NCBI GenBank assembly: GCA_012295275.1
Contig: CM022677.1
Coordinates: 20,770,001 to 20,834,000 of the forward strand
DNA length: 64,000 nucleotides
Source: Chrysomallon squamiferum
Lineage: Eukaryota > Animalia > Mollusca
Direction of reading: 5' to 3'
The position numbers and the translations under genes are program-made. Below, one piece after another: positions 46,234 through 64,000 of the stretch (the first letter of the stretch is position 1; every line of letters starts with the position of its first letter). A model generated the notes under the pieces. It was given only the letters and a program-made list of their open reading frames with translations. It made no database searches and had not been told where the DNA came from.

Positions 46234-47210
46234 CATGTGGATGTACACACACACACGCACATTCCATTTTTCTCTATCAAACTGAAGGTTTCACTTCAGA
46301 CTACAAATAAAGAACATTTGAAAGAAACAATCGTTAGTTCATTTGAAGAAAAGATTATCAACAAATACTTTGACCTCAGCAAACAAGACATGATTTGTAA
46401 GATTGAATCTGGTGAACCTTACTAGGACATTCTCGCTCCAAACACGACAGTACTCTGTGTTTCACTGAAGCTCCATTGCAAATCTGTCCTCCGTTTTGTG
46501 GTGGTGGGTTGTCACATTTTCGATATAAGTAGTCTTCCGTATGACCAAAACCGCATGTGACTGTACACGCTGTACTGTTTGCATTATGCCATGTAGACCA
46601 ACCACCATCCACTTTAGAAAATAATAGTAGTAGTAGTAGTAGTAGTAATGATCATAATAATCATAATAATAATAATAAAATGTATAAGTATAAACAAATA
46701 ATAAGTAAAGAGAAAAAGTAACTAAGATAATAAATTTATTCTTATCATTTTCTTCTTTTTCGTTCTTTTGTTTTCGTGCCTAAACTTTAGCTCAGAGAGG
46801 AGTTGCTGTTAATACTGAGATTTATATATTCCACGTTTTGTTCAGGAGTATTAAAGAAAGAGTGGGACAGTGGATGAGGGTAAAATAAAGGAAAGTAGTT
46901 AAAGGAATTAATCTAAGTGTGTTATTAAGTGGAAAAGAAAATATATCTTCCTGACTTTTTCAACATTTTCAATTTACCTTCACAAAATGTATGTGTGTGT
47001 GTGTGTGTGTGTTTTGTTGACATAGGAATAACTAATTATTAAATTGACATTATTTTTATTCTTCTGTTATTATTATTATTATTATTTTGTTTTTTTTACC
47101 TCTCTCATTTGGACGGGGTCTTGGAGTGGCTGAATAAATAAATAAACAAATAAATAAATAAATAAATATGTATGCCGGTAGGTATTAATTAATTTATAAA
47201 ATCATGCATG

Positions 47211-47241
<31 letters not shown>

Positions 47242-48054
47242 AATATAATTATGTAAGTATGCATGTATGAATTCACGTAAGACCATCCTTGCAATTAAAT
47301 CAGTCAATTTATTATTTTAAAATATCTATATTTCCATGCTTACATGTACTTATGTATCTATAAAATCAACCTTATAAATACATTTAAATATATATATTTC
47401 TAAAAAAGTTACTTGTACCTACTTGTTGTGGTAAAAACTGTAGTCCTTTCTCCTTGGTTTGTTTAGATATTTTTGTTCAGTTAGCCAATGAAAAAGAAAA
47501 GAAACTCAACATTTCAGAACTTAATGTATAATAATAATAACAGTAATAGTGATCATAATAGCATAACAACAACAACAACAACAACACTAACAATAATAAT
47601 AATTATAATAATGATAATAATATCAGTAACAACAACGTGCATATTTGTGTGTGTGTTTGTATTTGTGTATATATATATATATATATTGTGATACATACAT
47701 ATAACACAAATAGTACTAAATTTAATTGATTTGAAGATGTCTGTCATACGTACCAGGTTGGACAGCAGGGAAATACGTGTCTCCTTCGTTTGTTGTAAAC
47801 GTTTTCAGTCAGGGGAAAGAAGAAGAATAAAGGTCGTAAATGTGAAACATTATTTATGATATTTTTATAGAAGTAGTAGTAACAGGATGGCAATAGCAGT
47901 AGATATTAGTAGTACAAATGATAGTAATAATTAATAACAATAATTAAAAAGCAGCTATAATAGTAATAATGAAAATATAATAATAGCAAAAAATGAAAAC
48001 ATTAATAAAATCTATCTGTTATCTATCTATCTATCTGTCTATCTAACGATCTAG

Positions 48055-48110
<56 letters not shown>

Positions 48111-48799
48111 TTTATTTTACTAAAAGAAGCAGTTATAAAAGCATTAAGAGAGAAATAAATAGTTTAAACATTACCAGGACAACCAACGATATTGCAGGGA
48201 TCGAAATCATATTTGTTTTTGTCTCCGACGCACGGGGCTCTGTCAGCGTCCACACACCTTCTCACTTTGATAGCGATCCTCAGCCCCACTGCGCATGTGT
48301 GAGAGCATGGGGTTTTCAACACGAGTTCCCACTCAGCCCAGTGCGATATATCTGAATAACAGTGACTACTGTAGTGTATTGACTATGCAACCTTCAGGCG
48401 TGTGAGCGTTAAATATATATATATATATATATATACATACAGATAGATGGACAGACAGACAGATATATATAGAAAGATGTGTAGATTGTAGATAGGGAAT
48501 AAATGCATTAAGAAAAATCGTTTTAGCCTTTATTTTGTCTGTACACACAGATATATAACATATATTATGTAGATTGTAGATAGTTATATATATATATATA
48601 TATATAACTATATATATATATATATATATATTATATTATATAACTGTTCTACAGACAAAATAAAGGCTAAAACGTATTTTTCTTAATGCATTTATTCCCT
48701 AACTATCTACAATCTACACATATCCCTACATATATCTGTCTGTCTGTCCATCTATTGATCTTTCAATCTTTTGTATCTCTCTAGCTATTTGTCCATCAA

Positions 48800-48844
<45 letters not shown>

Positions 48845-49619
48845 CTGAATAACTGTCTGTGAGTCTCTATATCTCTATGTATGGGTGTTTCTGTTTGTAT
48901 TTAGTATTGCAAAAAAGACCTAAAAAATAAACAACAAAAACAAAACAAAACAAACAAAAAAACAACAACAAAGAACCCCCCCAAAAAACACGAACACATT
49001 GTGATACTTTACAACTGTATTCTTTGTTTAATTGTTTCACTTTCTTATTGATTAAAACTAAGAAGATGAGCGCAAAATTGTGTAATTATTTGATGTACAA
49101 ACGAATGAAAGAATGACGATGATGATAATGATAGCAATAATAATAAATCTCATAGGTATATCTAATTTCTTTCAAAAGAAGAAAAGAGAGAAGTGTTGAT
49201 AAATAAATAAATACGAAAGAAAAAAGACAACAGAAGATAAGAAACTGATAAATACATAGTTCTAAACTAAGAGAATTAGAAAAATCGAAAGAAACTTACA
49301 ATGACAAGAAACCATTGTAAAACATCGCTGATAGTCAAACTTTGTTTTGGAACCTGGGCAAAATCTTCCGCCATTCTTTGGAATCGGCTTTGCACATTCT
49401 CTGTGACTGAAGGAAACTTCATAACCAGCATCACAGGTCGCAGAACACTGGAGATGATACGTCCTGTACCATTCCGTCCATCCACCATTCACTAACGAAT
49501 TATAATTAATGTTTATACATATCTGTGTAAGTCGTTGAAAGAAAAGATACCCAGACAGAAGAAATATGTGTTATATATAATCTATGACAGACACATTATC
49601 TATTATTTATTTATTTATA

Positions 49620-49676
<57 letters not shown>

Positions 49677-50345
49677 TTATTATAGCGTGCATAATATATA
49701 GTAAAATACTGCTACAGAAACCAGATGCAATACTGATTATTATCTGACTATTTGTCTATCTAATTATGATACAAGATACATCCTTGCCTAGAATATCTAT
49801 ATAATTCAAACAAAAGCTGATTTGATTACTTCTGTATTGAATAACTTTTAAATGAAGCTGAAAAGTAGGTCGACAAAAAAGAAATATATCATTTTAATTA
49901 CACCGAGGCCTCAAACTGCCACATTTAACACAATTATGACAGTATGGAGGACTTACAGTGAGGTACCTAACAATAAAAATATATATAATATATATGAGTA
50001 TTTCATTCGGAGGATTGGAAAAAAAAAAAAAAAAAAAAAAATCCATGAATAAATTACAGAAAATAGAGGAATGGTTGAATTGATAATAATGACTATTATC
50101 TTACAAGAATAAAACTCGTTCGTGTGTCTGTCTGTGTGTTTGTAATGTCGTCCATTTATGAAAATGGATCCATGTGAAAAGGTTAATTTTACCTACCCAC
50201 TTGTCCCTCATCTTCATTTGTATTTGATACGATTTTAGTGAAAGAAAAAAATAAAAAAAAATATGTTAGCAGCATGAAGTCATAAACAGTATAAATAAGA
50301 AAAATGATGATGATGATTATGATGATGATGATGATGATAATAATG

Positions 50346-50403
<58 letters not shown>

Positions 50404-50921
50404 AATAATAAAGTATAAATAAATGAAGAAATAAATGAATCGGTAACCAAATGAACTACAAAATGAAACACAGTTACATATACGTATATATCTTACTAGG
50501 ACAGGCAATGTGTGTTGTACAATTCACGGCTGAACTTTTTGTCCCAAGACCTGCACATTTCCTCAAACGCTTCTTAACGCAATCTCGAACTTTGTCGTGA
50601 ATTTCAACACCAACACCACACGAAACACTACACGCTGATACTCTCACTTCATGCCATTCACCCCATCCAGAATCGTCTACAAGTAAAAAGCGATTGTTTT
50701 TCTATGTAGTCTAGGATTTTGAATATTCTCGGTCTTATGTACGTCTGATTAGACGCAGGAGGACACACATATATATATTGATGTATGTATGTATGTGTGT
50801 GTGTGTGTAATCATGTACGTATGTATATGCGTATGTATCTGTACGTATATATATATATATATATATACATCTGATTAGACTGCACATAGACAATATGTGT
50901 GCGTGTATGTGCTTATGTATT

Positions 50922-50960
<39 letters not shown>

Positions 50961-51269
50961 AATAACAACAAAAACTTCCTATAACTTTACTCCAAAGAGA
51001 AAGTCATTTGATTATCGTTACAAAACAAGCTTCATTCCTTGTACTGTTAAAACTAAGAAATCTCACCTCTACACAGTCCCTGTGTGCATCCCCGTACGAG
51101 GTGTCTCTCCCTGTCTCCAATGCAGTTTCCTGGAAGGGTGGTTACACAGAATCGAACTTCGTCGACTACCACAGCACCGTAACCACATGTGGCGGTGCAC
51201 ACTGATTTGTCCGTAGCAATCCAGTGCGTCCATCCTCCCACCACTAAGTTAGATAGATAGATAAATCAA

Positions 51270-51328
<59 letters not shown>

Positions 51329-51571
51329 GTAAATAAATAAATAAATAAATAAGTAAATAAATAAATAAATAATAAATAAACAAATAAAAGACAGGAAGGA
51401 GAGATACATTAATTAATACAGTGATATCTGAAGGATTTAACCAGTTATTTCTTCTATCCAGCCATCTTAAATAATACACAAACTAAATTGAGAAAATGTT
51501 TTTTTATTATTATTATTATTATTCTCGAGACTTAATTTATGCTTATTGAGTTTACTATCTGTGTGTATGTA

Positions 51572-51616
<45 letters not shown>

Positions 51617-54505
51617 TGTGTATTGCTTTTTTATTGCTTTCTCTATTACTTATTCATTTTCTTTTATTTGCTAATTTTGTTTCTAATATTGCTTTACATT
51701 TGTTGTTCTTTTTGTTTATTTTGTTTTATTATTATTGTTTTATTACTGTTACTATTATCATCATAATCATCATCATTATCAGAATCATAAATAAAATGTA
51801 GAAAATCTCTGTCCCATTTTTAAATCATTAAACCTAATCATAAGTTTAAACATTCATTTTATTTTATATAATTATTCTATTCTATTTTGTTCTATTCTAT
51901 TCTATTCTACTTTATCTATTCGTATTTTTGCACATCTTTTTCCTTGTTTTATTTTATTTATTTTATTTTACCTGTAACATGACCAACAAGTGCAATTCTT
52001 TCGTAAAGGTGAGTACTGTTATTACGGTCAGGACTTAAGCGGCCTTCGTGAGTGACGCATCGATCACCTGTACAGTTCCTGTAATGTCGTGCGAATTCTG
52101 TTATCTCCCTTACACCTGACAGATGGCGTGTCACTGCTGTCTGCTGGTTTACACTGTCGAATAAAGGTCACTCTTTGTTTACAGCTGACATCACACTGAG
52201 TAGAACTAACTCTTAACCACGTACTCCACAGTCCTGTTGCTGAAATTGGAAATGTTTTGTTGTTCGTTCTAACAAGTTAATCACATTTAGTCTGAAAAAA
52301 TAGTTTAGTTATCACTTAGTCTGTTTGTGTTTCTTATCTACTTCTTTCTTTAATTTTCTTTTTTTCTAAATATGCTTCAGTACTATCGATATAAACAAAA
52401 AATACATTTAGGAAGAGTCAGTTCTGAAATCACTGTGTATAGAGATGATTACTAGGTTTTTTTTAAAGATCAAATTGATTTGCGCTGTACTCATAGCCCT
52501 CACGTCTACAGAAAAATGTCTATCGGCGAACAGATATTTCTTAAAGTCTTCTCATCTTACTATACTTCATTATTCTTAAAGTGGTATGACTATTTTCTGA
52601 TACGTTTTAGTAATGAGTCTTCTTCATCTCGAGTTTCACTTACTTCGTTCACAGTTTAAACATTTCAGTCGTCTGGTTAGTTTAGTTTCTCCTCTACAAG
52701 AACCTCGTTTTAAACACACACGTGAAAAGTTTACATATTGAAAACAGTCAGCATCACACAATCCACCGCGTTGTCTCGTCCACAGTGACCACGTCCCCGA
52801 CACTGAAACATAGAAACATACAATTTTGTATTAGTCATTAGAGATCAAACATAATAAACACAGACACACACACACACACACACACACACATTCACACACA
52901 CCCACAAACGCACCCACACTCTGTCTCTCCCTCTGTCATTTCTTCTATTGTTTCCTCTCTATCTCTCTCAATGACAGGCGAATTATAGATAAAAACCGGT
53001 TAAAGATTACAATTCAGAATTTCATTAACAAAAAAATACTCACAGTCACAGTGATGGTAATCTCGTATTTTGGATTTCGTCAGTGAACTTGTAAACATTA
53101 ATTCTTTCGTGTTCATAAAACAAGAGCCTTCCAGTGTTCCATACTGTAGATTGACGAGAATTTCATACACTGTACAACTACAAATAAGCGGAGTACCCGT
53201 TAACTTCACCCTAAGAAATGTTTTCTTTTCATAGTGTAGAATAAAATCTATATCTCTGAGATCTGTATTTTCTAGACCTAAGGACAGTAATGAACCAATT
53301 CCTTCAAATGCATCAACTTTGATCTCAGTCAGTGGATTTTCAGACAAATCTATCATAGTGAGAGACAATTCTCCGAAAGCTTTCTTCTGTAAAATCTTAA
53401 TTTTATTTTCACTAAGATTAAGCATCTTAAGTTTAGCAAAGCCTTGAAATGCATATGTAGGAACAGTGCTTATATTTCGTTTACAAAGCGATAATTTTCT
53501 CAAACAATTTTTTTGTTCAAGAAAAATTCCTGCCGTTAATGGAAATGTTGATGCACTCAGATCAAGTTCACGAACACAAATCTCGCCTTGAAGAGAATTT
53601 CTTTGAAAATTCTTCAACTGATTGTCCGCAAGATCAAGTCTAATTAAATTCTTCAAGTTCAGAATTGCACGCGGCACGTCGTATTGCATGCTGCAGTTTC
53701 GCATTATCAGTATTTTTAACGTGGACGCCAACTCATTGAAACAAAGTGGTTCTAAATAAACATGGTCATTACCAGACAGGATTAAATAGTTTAGTTTGAA
53801 AAGTCCTTTGAAATCATGTTCCTTAACTTCCTTGATGCGATTGTTATCCAGATTCAACAGTACAAGATTTGGTGCATGTGTAAATACAGCCGGAACTTTA
53901 TGTAACCTGTTGGATTTGAGATTTAAAATTCGAAGCGATAGTAGATTATTAAATGCATGATTATTTATATGACTGAGGTTACAACTGTTAAGTTCAATAA
54001 ATTGCAAAGACAAGAGACTTAGATTACTAAAAATATTGTCGTTCAGAATTCCAGTCTTTTGATAGTTGTTTCCTAGAGAAAGTTTCTTTAGGTTCTTGAG
54101 ACCGTTCAGAAATGTCAGTGGTTTTTTAAACGATATTTTGATACTTTCCAGATTTAGATACTGCAGTGTGTCTGCTATATTAATAAATGCATCGTCTTCC
54201 AAATGTACGTAAGATTGTGCATTAAATCGTAAACTCAGGATAGTTAAATTAGATGGGAAATCGGATTTCTTTACGTTTTTTATGTAAGTGTCTTCAACAC
54301 GTAGCTGGATTGGTTTTCTCATTGATTTCAGAAGGTTTAGATCCGGAATGGTATTGTTCAGTTTTTGGCAGAATACATCATAAACATTCCATGTTTTATA
54401 AAGCTGTATTGTTTTACACTGACAGTTTCTGAGGCAAAAACTCGAAGGTTCTGTTTGCTGACATACTTTTGTGAAGAAAATAATTATTAAGATGACAGAA
54501 TTCAT
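39666..54505 (-). CDS. Gene C: LRR-TSP1 single-pass receptor paralog with two 1-bp frameshifts (young pseudogene or assembly error)
   Basis: Exons in transcript order: 54505-53044, 52802-52644, 52239-51972 (+1), 51243-51067, 50676-50497, 50211-50197, 49491-49300, 48351-48175, 47783-47754, 47452-47423, 47129-47100, 46611-46423, 46033-45851, 45307-45296, 44798-44606 (+1), 43433-43401, 43119-43093, 42705-42673, 42508-42476, 42359-42327, 40597-40565, 40345-40267 (TM), 39789-39666. Confidence 0.85.
40267..40345 (-). CDS. Gene C transmembrane exon
   Basis: 79 nt; GEVLKNGFLGELLAILFLIIGLFVVFW. Confidence 0.85.
40565..40597 (-). CDS. Gene C 33-nt microexon (DQWKQKEKDVP)
   Basis: tacag|..|gtaaag. Confidence 0.7.
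40850..41505 (+). mobile_element. Decayed Ginger2/KRBA2-like integrase remnant in gene C intron
   Basis: LLLRAPFLLQSD..EFTAHVITELK..CDIKDMLV..WTVGLK; antisense to the host gene, as in A and B. Confidence 0.7.
42327..43433 (-). CDS. Gene C stalk microexons (43401-43433, 43093-43119, 42673-42705, 42476-42508, 42327-42359)
   Basis: DLTAQYSDNGP / DMKILASDG / DVPAQDADTVK / DVQAKYADTNK / DVPAQVADTNK. Confidence 0.72.
44606..44798 (-). CDS. Gene C TSP1 exon 9 (193 nt, frameshifted)
   Basis: gaaatttcactgc vs A gaaatttactgc; one extra base near 44757-44761. Confidence 0.8.
45851..46033 (-). CDS. Gene C TSP1 exon 8
   Basis: 183 nt, DPGW type. Confidence 0.88.
46423..46611 (-). CDS. Gene C TSP1 exon 7
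   Basis: 189 nt; paralog of A 730-918 and B 24662-24850. Confidence 0.88.
47100..47783 (-). CDS. Gene C three 30-nt linker microexons (47754-47783, 47423-47452, 47100-47129)
   Basis: GDTYFPAVQP / GERTTVFTTT / TTPRPRPNER. Confidence 0.7.
48175..48351 (-). CDS. Gene C TSP1 exon 6
   Basis: 177 nt; ISHWAEWELVLKTPCSHTCAVG. Confidence 0.88.
48442..48754. repeat. Fold-back inverted repeat (arms ~100 bp) around a (TA)n core
   Basis: 48477-48543 is the near reverse complement of 48650-48721; pairing extends into the GACA/TGTC tracts. Confidence 0.8.
49300..49491 (-). CDS. Gene C TSP1 exon 5
   Basis: 192 nt; VNGGWTEW..CSATCDAG. Confidence 0.88.
50497..50676 (-). CDS. Gene C TSP1 exon 4
   Basis: 180 nt; DDSGWGEW..CSVSCGVG. 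Confidence 0.88.
51067..51243 (-). CDS. Gene C TSP1 exon 3
   Basis: 177 nt; VGGWTHW..CTATCGYG. Confidence 0.88.
51972..52239 (-). CDS. Gene C TSP1 exon 2 (268 nt, frameshifted)
   Basis: caggAactgt vs B caggactgt; gives a TGA four codons later. Confidence 0.8.
52644..52802 (-). CDS. Gene C TSP1 exon 1
   Basis: 159 nt, near-identical to B 18298-18456. Confidence 0.85.
53044..54505 (-). CDS. Gene C LRR exon
   Basis: Within the 509-aa ORF; collinear with the gene B LRR exon (one extra codon). Confidence 0.95.
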
Positions 54506-54587
54506 GGCATGTGAGAGAGATAAAGCCAAACTTTTAACAATCTGTAAGAAGAAATAATGAAATTCGATGATTAATTAGGTTTACGAT

Positions 54588-54624
<37 letters not shown>

Positions 54625-55624
54625 GTAGTTGTAGTAGTAGTAGTAGTTATAGTAGTAGTAGTTATAGTAGTAGTATAGTAGCAGTAGTAATGAAAAGGGA
54701 TATGAAAAAACACAGCAGATAAAATAGTGATTTTAAAAATGTATCAAAGCAGAGAAGAAAGTAAAATAAATTAGTTTGATACTGAATGTGCAAAAAGAAA
54801 GAACAACAACAATAATAAATAAGAAAAAAAATACATTTTTATATACATCTTTTTTTTTCCTTTATTTTTTCTTTCAATTATAATTTAATTTTTGGAAGTA
54901 TTATGTTTGAGTCAGTACTTCTTCTATGTAAAATGCGTCTCACAAAAAGTTAGTTCTTGTGAACGTTGTCATCAAAGGGAGAGCACTCCAGACAGCAAAT
55001 AGATTAACCGTAGTTGGAGGTCAAGTTATCTGTTGAATTCTTAAATAAGATGTTTAGGAAAGGTTACAAAGATTAGACACTATTTCCTTAATTGTGCAGC
55101 ATTCGATATCAATCAGTATAAATCAATAGCCTTGGATAATTCGAAAAACGTGAATGGTATCTTACCTACGCTGAAAAAAAAAAACCGTAACAAAACTGTA
55201 CAAGAAAGCTTCGATGTAGAACACAGTTTTCTTTCCTTATTTATTGATTTATTTATATTTTATTTATTTATCGTTATTTTCTTTATTTATTTATTTATTT
55301 TCGTTATTCTTTGTTGTTTCTTATTTTATAATTAAACAACATAATAATAATAAATAAACGATTGAGATTACTGTACCTTTCTATGGTGTTTCATCGTCGT
55401 TTTGAGATTCACGCTTTCGAAAGTGGCAGAGTGTCGCCTGTTTGCGACACGAACTGTTCTTGATTTCTACTCATTCACTGACACTTGGGAATAAAAACAT
55501 AGAACAGATGAAAAACAGTAATATTAGTATTAAAATTAAATAACAAGAAAGATTAGCAGACACGGTTTTATGATAATACAAAGATTAAAACTTACAAGTT
55601 TCTGTAATGTAGAAACACAGGATT

Positions 55625-55677
55625 AATAATTAATACTTCTTACCGGAAACAATGGTTTCGTCATTCTTACGTCATTC
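55625..55677 (-). promoter_or_regulatory. Conserved upstream block of gene C (CRE/ATF-like TGACGTAA)
   Basis: Matches gene B 15714-15785; putative 5' exon donor aaag|gtacag at 55376. Confidence 0.45.
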
Positions 55678-56515
55678 GCGAATAACATCGTTATATAAAT
55701 ATGGCCTTGTACAGCTTTAAGAGGGTCAGTTTAGTAAACAAACACACGTTATAATTTGCTTTATTATTATTATTATTATTTGAAAATGAAAAACAGAGAA
55801 TTAAGATAATTTAAGTAATGACAAAGAATGAAAGAAATTTATAATTATTGTTTTGGAAGTTAAACAAATGTGTTCCAGTTTCTCGATTTACATAACAATA
55901 ATTAACAATACAGCTGTGAGTTTTGTTATCGAGGGTAAATAGGCAACTTATTGTTATGTATGCTAGGGTTTTGCTCACAATAATAATAATTTAGAAGTCA
56001 AATAAAATAAATAAATAAATAAATAAATAAATAAAATAAAATAAATGTTATTATATTATTTATGACCACTATCAGAAAAATACTGACTCGGACACATAAT
56101 CAAAGCATGTATTTTGTGCTTGTATGAGAGAATATATGTATGTACATGTTTGCATGTATTTATGTGTGTGTGTACTTGTGTGTTTCTGTAGGTGGTTGGC
56201 TGTTCTTAGACATACTATTACAGTATTAAAAATGTAGTGAGAAGTTATGAATCAAATAAACGATCTAAATCTAATTAAAACTTTAAAAGCGAAACGTTTT
56301 ATTTTATTTTATTTATTTATATATATTTTTTTTTTTATTTTTTTTTTTATTTATATATATTTTATTTTATTATTATTATTTTTTTTTTTTTAATGTTTCT
56401 CTATAATGAAGCATTCATTGTCTGTTGGTGTGTTGCAAGTAAAGGGAAATAACTGCAATATGAGTCTTCCAAACTATCCCGAACGAATTATCTCCCTGTA
56501 TCCAATATATATATA

Positions 56516-57022
56516 CCGTATATACTTGTGTACAAGCATGTATAAGTCGATTGCGTCATTTTAGGTATTACTTGTGTATAAGTCGACTGTAGATTCCAGG
56601 CACCGTCAATTTGTCGGTAGATATTAATGACCATTGCAATATTATTTCACCAAATTCTTTACAATTACACAAGTGAGTTTTGTTTATGAAATTAGGACTG
56701 ATATTTAGTTCAATTTGGCAGAGAAAGTCTGCATTCTAAATCATTGCAAGACGCCGTAAGGCATTTTGATGGTTTTCTCGTTTAAAATGTATTTTTATGT
56801 CATTAAACGGAAGAATATCATGTTTTACATTCATTTTGGTTTTGTCATTTAATTTTTCAAAATTTTTATACGATAAAATTATTTTTTGAAAAGTGAAAGA
56901 CCACTTATTTTAGATTTTAAAAATTGCAAAAACAGCTAAAAAGCATTACCTATGTATGAAACCCCAAAATATTACCTGAATATAGTCTCCCAAAAATTCG
57001 ACTTATACACAAGTCTATACGG
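56516..57022. mobile_element. Non-autonomous Tc1/mariner-superfamily (Tc2/pogo-like) element
   Basis: TIRs CCGTATA(T/G)ACTTGTGTA..TAAGTCGA at both ends, TA on both flanks, no ORF. Confidence 0.75.
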
Positions 57023-57089
57023 TATATGTTTTAAATTCTGCATGCATGCCACCCCAACGACCAAATAAACGAACAAACAAACAAACAAA

Positions 57090-57138
<49 letters not shown>

Positions 57139-57788
57139 GTCTAGTTTGATGTTTCAGTGTTTTTTTTTCTGTTTATCTCTATCATTTTCAACTCAAAATA
57201 ATTATTTTAGCGACACTGTTAAAGTTTTAAAAAACAAAACAAACTACAATAGAAACAATTACTAAAGTTATTTCAACTCACACTTTATTGACATTGTTAA
57301 ATAAACATAAAACAAATTCTTAAGACATTGCTAGTATAATTTAAATACTGAAATTACAAAGAAAGAATTACTAAATATTTTTTCGACTGAGAAGAGCTTT
57401 TTTAAGGACATTATTAAATATTAGAACAGCAAAGAAATAATTGGTGACATTATTTCCAAGAAAGATGAACTCTTTAATGACACTGTTAAATAATAAAATT
57501 ACTAATTATTATTATAACAATTTTTGTTTGATATTTAATAATACAATGGTGTATGTAAAATTAAAACACTAACGAAAATGACATTCATATACAACGAACT
57601 GCATTCATTAAAATCAGAAGGAAATTACTTAAATTACATTAGAAATTTCAAATAAATTCAATATTTGATAGAAACAAGTCACACATGTTAATAACATTCA
57701 CGCGTTCGAACAAATAGTTACATGCAGATACAAAGTAAAAATGTTTACACAGCAACTGCTCACACACACAGACACAATAAAATCTATA

Positions 57789-63899
<6,111 letters not shown>

Positions 63900-64000
63900 C
63901 TAGGGAATTATATTATAATTATGTCAATACATTTTTCTGTTTCAGACTTTTTCTTTATTATCATTATTTATTTTTTTTATTTTTTTTTAAATTTATTTTA

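Noticed and set aside
55377-55394. Upstream ATG exon (MKHHRK) in frame with the gene C LRR exon
   Set aside because: The equivalent frame in gene B hits a stop, and the downstream ATG directly precedes the signal peptide.

Overview
Very AT-rich, microsatellite-dense eukaryotic (animal) genomic DNA. The simple-repeat landscape resembles a mollusc, possibly an octopod cephalopod, but that is inference only. Nearly all track ORFs are microsatellite noise. Tracing splice sites by hand shows the window is almost entirely one tandem cluster of paralogous single-pass receptor genes: signal peptide, a large one-exon LRR domain, about 9 one-exon thrombospondin type-1 (TSP1) repeats, linkers and a stalk built from 12-42 nt phase-1 microexons, a 79-nt transmembrane exon, and a short tail with an FGxxNP(A/G)FD motif. 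Gene A (+, 5' end outside the window) ends at 12365. Gene B (+, 16656-36430) appears complete. Gene C (-, 54505-39666) has two 1-bp frameshifts. Gene D (-, 5' end outside the window) ends at 57789. A truncated, divergent fifth LRR paralog lies at 14365-13970 (-). Paralogous exons differ much more than neighbouring introns, mostly by amino-acid-changing substitutions. Microexons and TSP1 exons are being gained, duplicated, killed and moved between paralogs. The introns hold two MITEs, a decayed Tc1 element, decayed Ginger2/KRBA2-like integrase remnants and several fold-back inverted repeats.
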